From the NCBI GenBank assembly GCA_964572255.1, contig CAZNEE010000006.1, forward strand, positions 11,775 through 75,774: DNA of 64,000 nucleotides, written 5' to 3'. Of the stretch, positions 37,821 to 46,115 are shown in pieces. The stretch's first letter is position 1. Each line of letters opens with the position of its first letter. The notes beneath the pieces were generated by a model that saw nothing but the letters and a program-made list of their open reading frames with translations, was not told the origin of the DNA and made no database searches. Origin of the DNA: an uncultured Planctomycetia bacterium (GTDB lineage Bacteria; Omnitrophota; Gorgyraeia; Tantalellales; Tantalellaceae). The position numbers were made by a program, and so were the translations under genes.

Positions 37821-39264
37821 TTCCCGCCCTCCCTTTTAGAACTTCATCGTTCCTTAAGGATGCTTTTTTAACGTATATTTTCAGAATGGATTCTTTAATA
37901 AACCCATAAACTATTACAGAAAGAATGAATAACTTCACCAGAATATCGCCATTACGGGAATAAAAGGTTTCTTTTTTGATCCTATAAATATTTCCGGTTA
38001 AAAACGTCGCGGTATCCTGCGGAACGGATCTTATTGCCCTCCCGTATGGATTTATTATCTGCGTTACGCCTGTTTGGGCTGCCCTTGCAAGATACCTCAT
38101 GTTCTCTGCCGCTCTTGCTCTTGTAAAAAATGAAGCGTATTTTTTGAACCATGAGTAATCGAGGTCTGTGTTGCTTGAAAGAGAAATAAAATATTCCGCG
38201 CCGCTTTTCACGTAATCTCTGTATATTTTTTCGTTTATCTCTTCCCAGCATAAAGTGATCCCGGCTTGATCCAAATATAATTTTCCGTTATTTTTGCGAG
38301 GGGATATTCCTTCATTAAATATCGCCGGATCCTGCGAATAATACGTATCTTCGACTTTTCCTTGCTTGTCAAAGATGAGGGCTGTATTGTAAAGGATGTT
38401 TTTCTTCTCCTGATCTCTCAGCATTGAACCGATAATGTAGGTGGTTTTTGACCTCTTTATCTCGTCTATGACCGGCCGCATCTTCCCCGGAAATCTGTTC
38501 ACTATATCCACCGGAAAAGTGTACTCCGGCCAAACGACTACGTCTGTTCCTTTATTTGCCGCTTCCCTGCTGAGATCTATATATCTCTTGATCCTTTTAT
38601 CCAGGTTTTCAGTGAAACCGAATATGGTTTTTTCGGGGATATCTCCCTGGATCAGAGCGATCCTTTTCGGCTGTCCATGTATAGATAGATCTGCATTCTG
38701 CGTAAGAGAAAAGACCAAAGATCCCAAAAATGCGATGAAAAGTACGATACTCACAAACAGCGAGACTTTATCCCGCCTCGCCATGTGCCTGGCGATAGCG
38801 GAATTGAAAAGAATTATAAGCAATGTAATGCCGATACTGCCTGTATACCAGATGATCGGTACCGACGTCGGGAACAAAACTCCGATATCAAAAGCGCTGG
38901 CTAAAAGTGATCTGAAATTAAATAAATAAAGCAGTGCCGTCCAAAGAATAGCAGGAACGCATATTGATAATAAGGGATCCTCGAGTCGTTTTATTAATGA
39001 TTTACTTAAAAGCAGGAAACCAGATATGAAACAAGCCGTGATAAGAATACCCGCAAGGTAAATTTCGACCTTGTAGGTTACTATCGGAAGCAATATCACG
39101 GAACACAATACCAAAGGAAATAATACAAGATGAAGATTTTTTATGCGTACTCTCGCGTAGAAAAGAAATAAAAGCGGAATGAGAAAGAAAAAAATGAAAT
39201 AATTGTATATAAGATAAGGGCTGATGAGAAATATGCTTATTACTATAAGCTTTTTGGGGCTCAT
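37813..39264 (-). CDS. lnt: Apolipoprotein N-acyltransferase (Lnt): 8 TM helices plus a CN-hydrolase domain.
   Basis: The N-terminal part is multi-TM. Its motifs are VVVWPEYTFP (catalytic Glu), LIFDKQGK (Lys) and GITLCWEEIN (Cys). Its stop TAA (37815..37813) overlaps the start of the giant YD gene in ATGAATAA. Confidence 0.8.
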   Translation of the reverse strand: MSPKKLIVISIFLISPYLIYNYFIFFFLIPLLFLFYARVRIKNLHLVLFPLVLCSVILLPIVTYKVEIYLAGILITACFISGFLLLSKSLIKRLEDPLLSICVPAILWTALLYLFNFRSLLASAFDIGVLFPTSVPIIWYTGSIGITLLIILFNSAIARHMARRDKVSLFVSIVLFIAFLGSLVFSLTQNADLSIHGQPKRIALIQGDIPEKTIFGFTENLDKRIKRYIDLSREAANKGTDVVVWPEYTFPVDIVNRFPGKMRPVIDEIKRSKTTYIIGSMLRDQEKKNILYNTALIFDKQGKVEDTYYSQDPAIFNEGISPRKNNGKLYLDQAGITLCWEEINEKIYRDYVKSGAEYFISLSSNTDLDYSWFKKYASFFTRARAAENMRYLARAAQTGVTQIINPYGRAIRSVPQDTATFLTGNIYRIKKETFYSRNGDILVKLFILSVIVYGFIKESILKIYVKKASLRNDEVLKGRAGNE

Positions 39265-39342
39265 CCCTTACCTCCTGACGGTTTTTCTTTAAACGTTAAT
39301 CAAAAACCCATCTCTACCCCTGTGCCCCCGTTTTAATAAAAG

Positions 39343-39396
39343 TCTTAAATAAAAAGCCGGACTACCAAACATTAAATTTTATTTGGTAGCCCGGCT
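39343..39396 (-). terminator. Rho-independent terminator ~80 nt upstream of lnt on the minus strand, i.e. downstream of the fab operon.
   Basis: On the minus strand the sequence reads AGCCGGGCTACCAAAtaaaatttaatgTTTGGTAGTCCGGCTtttttatttaag, a ~15 bp stem followed by a T-tract. Confidence 0.65.
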
Positions 39397-39647
39397 ATGC
39401 AAAATGTTCCCTGACCAAGCTTCAGGGAACAAATCTTCATGCAGCATCCGCAGCTTTGTGTCCCTGCCTTACGGCAGGTTTACCTTTTTCAAACCCATAT
39501 TAAAGAACATATTCTTATTATTATTTTACTACTATTTAAATTATTCCACTACAATTAATCGCATTTTATTGTATTTTAGCAAAATTTGTGTGTAATGTCA
39601 ATAAAAAGTTATTTATTTGAAAATATAACAAAAATTTTTTGATTTTT

Positions 39648-40628
39648 TTACTGAATTAAGGTTCTTATATCTTCAATAGTGTGGAGTGTTGTTACGTTCA
39701 GGGAGCCATCGATCTTTTTGGCAAGGCCTTTAAGGACGCTCCCCGGCCCCACTTCGAGGTAATCTTTTATCCCCATCGAAGCGGCCTTTTTGACGGAAGC
39801 TTCCCATAAAGTTTTGTTATCCAGCTGGTTGGCGAGATTTTCTTTTATTTTGGCGGGATCACGTGTTATTTCCGCATCGATATTGCTTATAAAATCTATT
39901 GCCGGTTCTTTTACTTCTATTTCTTCAAGAACTTTTTGAAGTTTTTCTTTTGCCGGGAGCATGAGTTCCGAATGGAACGCACCGCTTACCTTCAACATGA
40001 TCGCGCGTTTCGCGCCTTGATTCTTAGCCAGGTCCGCGGCAAGTTCTATAACGCTTGCCGGGCCCGATATGACGACCTGGCCGGGACAATTTAGATTCGC
40101 GACCTGGCAGCCCAGCCCCGTACAAAGCTCCTCAACCTTATCAAGTTCAAGCCCTATGATGGATGCCATTTTACCTTCTGTCTTCCGTGATACTTCATCC
40201 ATGAACGCGCCGCGCTTTTGGACAAACTTAAGCCCGTCTTCAAAAGTCATAGCGCCTGAAGCAACAAGCGCTGTCGGTTCGCCGAGACTTAACCCCATCG
40301 CGACAGAACCGATATTCGCGATATCTTCAGATGAAAAGATCTCTTTTCCCTCTTCACCCACAGGCCCGCCTTTTAAGGTCTCCGCTAAAACGTTCAATGT
40401 AGCGATGCTTGTCGTAAAAATCGCCGGTTGACTGTTCGCCGTTGTCTGGAGCTCGTCTTCAGGCCCTTCAAAGCAAAGTTTTTTTATGTCGCGTTCTAAT
40501 ACTTCGTTCGCCTTATCAAACACCCATCTTGCGGCGGCTTGGGTCTCATAAAGCTCTTTGCCCATTCCTATTTCTTGTGAACCCTGACCGGGAAATAACA
40601 AGCCGTACTTTTTCACCTTTTCTCCCAT
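39648..40628 (-). CDS. fabD: Malonyl-CoA:ACP transacylase.
   Basis: LLFPGQGSQEIGMG, the GLSLGE active-site motif and a C-terminal GPGSVL. Confidence 0.9.
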   Translation of the reverse strand: MGEKVKKYGLLFPGQGSQEIGMGKELYETQAAARWVFDKANEVLERDIKKLCFEGPEDELQTTANSQPAIFTTSIATLNVLAETLKGGPVGEEGKEIFSSEDIANIGSVAMGLSLGEPTALVASGAMTFEDGLKFVQKRGAFMDEVSRKTEGKMASIIGLELDKVEELCTGLGCQVANLNCPGQVVISGPASVIELAADLAKNQGAKRAIMLKVSGAFHSELMLPAKEKLQKVLEEIEVKEPAIDFISNIDAEITRDPAKIKENLANQLDNKTLWEASVKKAASMGIKDYLEVGPGSVLKGLAKKIDGSLNVTTLHTIEDIRTLIQ

Positions 40629-40680
40629 TTTTTGTTGTGTTCTATGATGCTGGGGTGTCGCCGAATGGGGCGTCCCCGAG

Positions 40681-41670
40681 TTACCATTCTATGATGATGG
40701 CGCCCCAGGTAAGGCCTCCCCCAAAAGCGTCCATGAGAATTTTGTCGCCTTTTTTTACTCTGCCTTCCTGTATTGCTTCGGTAAGGGCTACCGCGCTTGA
40801 AGCGGCGGACATGTTGCCGTATTTTTCTATATTAAGATAAAGTTTTTTCTCCGGATCCACGCCCATCCTTTTTGCCAGAGCATAAAGGATGCGTATGTTC
40901 GCCTGATGCGGAATTATAATATCTATATCGTCGCCTTTAAATCCCAACGGCTCGGTTACAGCGAGCGCCGCGTCCGCCATGATCTTCACCGCATGTTTAA
41001 AAAGAACATTGCCTTCCATTTTTATTGTATGGAGTTTGTTCTCAACCGTTCTTATCGAAGCCGGCATGCGTGACCCGCCCGCAGGAAGCTGGAGCAGATC
41101 TCCTTTACTCCCATCCGCGCCGAGGCTAGCCCCGAGTATGCCGCCTTTCTCCACAGGCCCTAAAACCGCGGCTCCGGCACCGTCACCAAAGAGTACGCAA
41201 GTGGATCTGTCGGACCAGTCCGTGACTGCGGACAGTTTCTCGGCCGCGACAACTAACGCATGTTTATACATCCCTGTTTTAATGAATTGATCCGCTATCG
41301 TAAGGCCGTATACATAACCCGAACAAGCAACTGAGATATCAAAAGCCGGTATATTAGCTATGCCGAGCTTATGCTGCAGCTGACATGCTGTTGAAGGAAA
41401 AAACATGTCGGGAGTGATCGTCGCAACGATTATCAGATCAATATCCTCGGGGGTAAGATCTGCGTTCTTAAGCGCGTCTCTTGCCGCTTTTGCCGCCATG
41501 TCACTTGCGGCCTCGTTCTCTGAAGCGATGCGCCTTTCTTTGATACCCGTACGCGTGGTTATCCATTCGTCTGAAGTATCGACCATCTTTTCAAGATCCG
41601 CGTTTGTTAAAATATTCTCGGGCAGATATTTCCCGACTCCTATGATGCCTGTTCTTTTTACTTCTGTCAT
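40681..41670 (-). CDS. fabH: 3-oxoacyl-ACP synthase III.
   Basis: Length and the motifs ACSG, HQAN and GGGLTWG match FabH. Confidence 0.9.
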   Translation of the reverse strand: MTEVKRTGIIGVGKYLPENILTNADLEKMVDTSDEWITTRTGIKERRIASENEAASDMAAKAARDALKNADLTPEDIDLIIVATITPDMFFPSTACQLQHKLGIANIPAFDISVACSGYVYGLTIADQFIKTGMYKHALVVAAEKLSAVTDWSDRSTCVLFGDGAGAAVLGPVEKGGILGASLGADGSKGDLLQLPAGGSRMPASIRTVENKLHTIKMEGNVLFKHAVKIMADAALAVTEPLGFKGDDIDIIIPHQANIRILYALAKRMGVDPEKKLYLNIEKYGNMSAASSAVALTEAIQEGRVKKGDKILMDAFGGGLTWGAIIIEW

Positions 41671-41679
41671 TTTTAACCT

Positions 41680-42672
41680 CTAAAAACTTTGAAGCTCTTC
41701 AATAATATGAGCATTGACTTGATGATCAACATATTCACCGGCAACTCTTACGGCATTTTTTATGGCCTTGGCGTTTGATGAACCGTGCGAGATGATCACG
41801 CGGCCGTCAACTCCCATAAGCGGTGCCCCTCCGTATTCAGTCGCATCTATTTCCCTTTTGATCTTTTTGAACGCGGGAAGCGTCAGAAGCGCCCCGAATT
41901 TAGTTAAAATACTGCTCGCCTTGAGTTCTCTTTTTAAGAGTTCACTCGCAGCGTCAGCAAAACCTTCGGTGACTTTCAAAAATACGTTTCCCACGAAACC
42001 GTCACATATCACAATATCCGCGCTGCCCCTGTAAACATCTTTTGGTTCAACGTTGCCGATAAAATTGAGTTTACTTTCCCCGAGCATCATGTGCGTTTCT
42101 TTCAGAAAGCCCGTCCCCTTGGTAGATTCTTCCCCGATATTCAAAAGGCCCACAGTGGGACGCACTTTTTCGAGTATATGCCTGGAATAAGCGTCGCCCA
42201 TTATACCGTACTGAAGAAGATGCAGGGGTTTCGGATCAATATTCGCGCCTACATCGATAACAAGACATGGTTTTCTCAAGGTGGGGAACACTACCGCTAT
42301 TCCCGGCCTGTCAACACCCTGAAGAAGCCTTAAACTAAGAGTTGCGGCGCATACGACCGCACCCGTGTTGCCGGCCGATACAAACGCGTCCACTTCGTTC
42401 TTCTTTACCAGCTCTACCGCTTTCACTATGGAAGAGTCTCTTTTCTTCCTTACGGAAAGCGCGGCCGGCTCATCCATGCCTATAGCTTCGGAAGTGTTGA
42501 AGATCCTTATTCGCTCCTCAGGATAGCTATATTCGGACAAGAGTCCCTTTATAATATTTTCCTGTCCCACGAGAGTGATCTCATAGCCGTATTCATTAGC
42601 AGCCAGAACAGCACCTTCAACAGTACATGCAGGCGCTTTGTCTCCTCCCATTGCATCTAGAGCGATCCTCAT
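41680..42672 (-). CDS. plsX: Phosphate acyltransferase PlsX.
   Basis: MRIALDAMGGDKAP at the N-terminus, and the gene sits in the conserved rpmF-plsX-fabH-fabD order. Confidence 0.9.
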   Translation of the reverse strand: MRIALDAMGGDKAPACTVEGAVLAANEYGYEITLVGQENIIKGLLSEYSYPEERIRIFNTSEAIGMDEPAALSVRKKRDSSIVKAVELVKKNEVDAFVSAGNTGAVVCAATLSLRLLQGVDRPGIAVVFPTLRKPCLVIDVGANIDPKPLHLLQYGIMGDAYSRHILEKVRPTVGLLNIGEESTKGTGFLKETHMMLGESKLNFIGNVEPKDVYRGSADIVICDGFVGNVFLKVTEGFADAASELLKRELKASSILTKFGALLTLPAFKKIKREIDATEYGGAPLMGVDGRVIISHGSSNAKAIKNAVRVAGEYVDHQVNAHIIEELQSF

Positions 42673-42675
42673 AAA

Positions 42676-42909
42676 TTATCCTCTGCCTTTTGCTTGTTGT
42701 TTCTTTTCCCTTTTTTCTTTGCGTTCCTCAAGACTCTCGATACGCCTTACCTGCTTGCCCTTGTAATAACCGCAATACGGGCAAACGCGATGAGGTTCTT
42801 TTTCCTTGCCGCATTGCGTGCATTTTGTTAAGGCCGGCGCTTCGGCTTTATAATGCGTACGTCTCTTGCGGCCGCGTGCTTTAGAATGTCTATGTTTTAC
42901 TTTAGGCAT
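42676..42909 (-). CDS. rpmF: 50S ribosomal protein L32, with a basic C-terminal extension.
   Basis: MPKVKHRHSKARGRKRRTHYK...CTQCG...CPYCGYYKGKQV is the L32 zinc-ribbon pattern. Confidence 0.85.
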   Translation of the reverse strand: MPKVKHRHSKARGRKRRTHYKAEAPALTKCTQCGKEKEPHRVCPYCGYYKGKQVRRIESLEERKEKREKKQQAKGRG

Positions 42910-42924
42910 TTCTTCTCCTTTTTT

Positions 42925-44072
42925 CTATTTTCTGACTGTCTCTTTTGCGATTTCGTACGTGTCTTTCGCGATCAAAAGTTCTTCGTTCGTTCCTATGGTC
43001 AAAAATTCCGCGCTACCACCCAAAAGATGTTTAAGCTGGTCTCTTATCTCATTTTTAACACGCGGAACGTTCTCCCCTATACCCCCGGCAAAAACCACCG
43101 CGTCAACCCCGCCGAGGACCGCCGCGTAAGCGCCGATATATTTCGTTATGCGATATACAAAAATATCATATGCGAGTTTTGCGCGTTCATTACCTTCATC
43201 AATTGATTTGAGTATATCACGCATGTCATTGCTCACGCCGGATACGCCCAAAAGCCCGCTTTCTTTGTTTAAAATATCATTGACCCGGTCAACGTCGAGA
43301 TTTTCTCTCTGCATTATAAAAGTAACGACTGCCGGATCGAGGTCTCCCGAACGCGTACCCATAAGAAGACCTTCCAGCGGAGTGAATCCCATGGAAGTAT
43401 CTATGCTCCTGCCGCCTGCAACCGCCGCTATGCTGCATCCGTTGCCGAGATGAACAGTTATGATATTCAGCTCTTCGATCGGTTTTTCTAAAAGTTCCGC
43501 GGCTTTTGCCGAAACATATCTGTGGCTGGTCCCGTGAAAACCGTATTTTCTTATGCCGTATTTTTTGTAAAATTCATAAGGTATCCCGTAACAAAAAGCT
43601 TCTTCCGGCATGGTCTGATGAAAGGCTGTATCGAAAACGGCTATTTGCGGAACGCCCCCGAATATCTTCATGCAGCTTTGAATCCCTTCAAGGGACGGCG
43701 GGTTATGTAAAGGAGCGAGTTCGGAAAATTTTTCTATAGACTTCAGGACTCTGTCATCTATCAATATACTCGTATTAAACTCTTCGCCGCCATGCACCAC
43801 TCTGTGCCCTACGCCGCCGACTTCACCCACATCCGAAAGCACGCCGTGCTCTTTGTCGATCAAGATATCCCTTATGATCTCTATAGCCTTGTGATGATCG
43901 GAGCAGTCGACCTTTTTGGTGAACTCTTTTCCGTCTACTTCATGACAAAGCGAACTGGATGAAGTCCCGATACGTTCGACAATTCCCTTACAAATATGCT
44001 TCTCTTTTTCTACATCGAACAGTTCGTATTTTGCTGACGACGAACCGCAATTTACAACGAGTATCAACATTT
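42925..44072 (-). CDS. ackA: Acetate kinase.
   Basis: ILVVNCGSSSAKYELFD at the N-terminus. The track ORF extends to 44169, but the likely start is MLILVV at ~44072, giving a 12 nt gap to pta. Confidence 0.85.
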
Positions 44073-44084
44073 TCTTTATACTTT

Positions 44085-45086
44085 CTATTCCTTTTGTGCT
44101 CTTATGGCAATAACAGCCACAGCATCGACTATTTCTTCCAGGGTGCACCCGCGTGAAAGATCGCTGCATGGTTTATCAAGCCCCTGCAATATAGGCCCGA
44201 CAACTCTGGCTTTACCTAAACGCTGGGTGAGTTTATAAGAAATATTACCGGCATCCAGATTCGGAAATATAAGAACGTTCGCTCTTCCCTGCACTTTACT
44301 GTCAGGGCATTTTCTTTGCGCTACATCCGGAACGATCGCCGCGTCAAGTTGAAGTTCTCCGTCAACCATCAGCCCCGGCCTTTTCGCAATCACTCTTTCT
44401 AACGCGCTTCTTACGTTTTCGATAGAATCTCCCTTCGCGCTTCCTCTCGTAGAATAACTCAACAGTCCGACACGCGGCTCGATATCAAATAGTTTTTTGA
44501 ACATGTCGCTTGTTGCGATAGCTATTCCCGCAAGCTGTCTTGAATTCGGATAAGGTATTACGCCGCAATCACCGAACGCGAAAAGCCCTTCTTCACCAAA
44601 AGGACAATTATCCAGTTCCATCATGAAACAACTCGACATTGTGCCTATTTCTCTGTCGATCTTCAGGCACTGTATGCCGGCGCGCGCTACATTCGAAGTC
44701 GTGTGACACGCGCCTGCGACAAACCCGTCCGCTAAACCCCTTTCCGTCATCATGGCGCCGTAAAAAATAAGATCTTTCATCAATGTTTCTTTGGCTTCTT
44801 CCGGAGCAATTCCTTTATGTTTACGCTTTTCATAAAACGCGTTTATGAGCTCGTCTTTTTTGTCATGAGCAGCAGGATCGATCAAATCAATGCCATCAAG
44901 CGATACGCCTACTTCTTTGGCCAGTTTTTCGACACTCTCTTTTTTGCCGAGCAGGCAGACCTTCGCAAAATTCTCTTTAGTGACTATTGCCGCCGCTTCA
45001 ACGACCCTCTTGTCTTCGCCTTCGGGAAGAACTACACATTTTTTTTGTTTCTTCGCTTTATCCCTAAGCTTCTGGATCCTGTTCAT
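44085..45086 (-). CDS. pta: Phosphate acetyltransferase (short form).
   Basis: KKCVVLPEGEDKRVVEAAA, SRGCTLEEIVD and the adjacency to ackA. Confidence 0.85.
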   Translation of the reverse strand: MNRIQKLRDKAKKQKKCVVLPEGEDKRVVEAAAIVTKENFAKVCLLGKKESVEKLAKEVGVSLDGIDLIDPAAHDKKDELINAFYEKRKHKGIAPEEAKETLMKDLIFYGAMMTERGLADGFVAGACHTTSNVARAGIQCLKIDREIGTMSSCFMMELDNCPFGEEGLFAFGDCGVIPYPNSRQLAGIAIATSDMFKKLFDIEPRVGLLSYSTRGSAKGDSIENVRSALERVIAKRPGLMVDGELQLDAAIVPDVAQRKCPDSKVQGRANVLIFPNLDAGNISYKLTQRLGKARVVGPILQGLDKPCSDLSRGCTLEEIVDAVAVIAIRAQKE

Positions 45087-45565
45087 TTTCCCAACTTTTC
45101 TTTAAGTTTCTTTTCGACATTTTTAGGAACGAACTTTGATACGTCAGCCCCCATCATGGCGATTTCTTTTATCAGCTTGCTGGAAAGGTAAGAATATGAT
45201 TCATTCGGCATCATAAAAACCGTTTCAATATCCGGATTCAGCTTTCTATTAGTCAGGGCCATCTGAAATTCATATTCAAAATCAGATATCATGCGGAGCC
45301 CTCTAATGACAACTTTAGCCGATTTTGAGACGGCATAATCCACTGCCAGCCCGTCAAACCCTTCAATCTCAACGTTTTCAAGGTCAATTGCCGCTTCTCT
45401 AAGCATTTGAACGCGTTCTTCAATGGTGAAAATCGGACTTTTCTGTTCGCTCTCGGCCACGGCAATATACACTTTATCATATAGAGAAGCTATTCTCTTA
45501 ATGATATCTATATGCCCGTAAGTTACCGGATCAAACGTTCCCGGGTAAATCGCTATTCTCGCCAT
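45083..45565 (-). CDS. coaD: Phosphopantetheine adenylyltransferase.
   Basis: MARIAIYPGTFDPVTYGHIDII is canonical for CoaD. Confidence 0.9.
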   Translation of the reverse strand: MARIAIYPGTFDPVTYGHIDIIKRIASLYDKVYIAVAESEQKSPIFTIEERVQMLREAAIDLENVEIEGFDGLAVDYAVSKSAKVVIRGLRMISDFEYEFQMALTNRKLNPDIETVFMMPNESYSYLSSKLIKEIAMMGADVSKFVPKNVEKKLKEKLGK

Positions 45566-46112
45566 TTTTTATATAGATTGAAATATTTGTATCGCCGTAA
45601 GTCTTTTTCTTTAAAATAGTAACGTTTTTTCCTGTTTGAGGAAGGACTTCTTCCACATGATGCTCAATTATAAGCAAACCGAATTCGTTTAATATATCAT
45701 ACTGGTTTACCTTAATCAAGGTTTTTTTGGCTAAACCTGTGTTATACGGGGGGTCAGCAAATAATAGATCGAACTTTTCTTTTTTATTATATAACTGCTC
45801 AATAGTTTCAAATGCATCGGATATAATTACCTTTGAACGATACTTGACATTTAAGGTATTAATATTATTTTTAATTATAGACGCGCAATATTTACTGTTA
45901 TCAACAAATACCGCTCTTTTCGCTCCCCGTGAAAGCGCCTCAAGCCCGTATGCGCCGCTGCCGGCAAAAATATCAAGAATGTCCGAATCCGGAAGTCTTT
46001 CCGAGACGATGTTAAACACAGACTCTCTTATCCTGTCCTTTGTAGGGCGTGTAGCCTCAGCCTCAGGCCTTATTATCTTACGTCCTCTGTGTTCGCCGCC
46101 TATTATGCGCAT
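45531..46112 (-). CDS. rsmD: 16S rRNA (guanine966-N2)-methyltransferase.
   Basis: IIGGEHRGRKI, DIFAGSGAYGLEALSRGA and the DPPY motif. Its end overlaps the coaD start by 35 nt. Confidence 0.8.
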   Translation of the reverse strand: MRIIGGEHRGRKIIRPEAEATRPTKDRIRESVFNIVSERLPDSDILDIFAGSGAYGLEALSRGAKRAVFVDNSKYCASIIKNNINTLNVKYRSKVIISDAFETIEQLYNKKEKFDLLFADPPYNTGLAKKTLIKVNQYDILNEFGLLIIEHHVEEVLPQTGKNVTILKKKTYGDTNISIYIKNGENSDLPGNV

Positions 46113-46115
46113 GAG

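Noticed and set aside
39383-39595. 70 aa plus-strand ORF in the fabD-lnt spacer.
   Set aside because: It has no RBS and a low-complexity translation. It overlaps hairpin and terminator structures, so the region is better explained as non-coding.
42925-44169. Long form of ackA starting at 44169 (MQRSFTRVHPGRNSRCCGCY...).
   Set aside because: The extension overlaps the 3' end of pta in another frame and is Cys/Arg-rich junk. The conserved acetate-kinase N-terminus begins at MLILVVNCGSSS, so the start was moved to ~44072.
45531-45565. 35 nt overlap between rsmD and coaD as a possible frameshift or misassembly.
   Set aside because: CoaD starts with its canonical MARIAIYPGTFDP, and RsmD is complete through the DPPY motif. 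The overlap only affects a non-conserved RsmD tail, so an alternative stop/start choice, not an error, is the simplest explanation.
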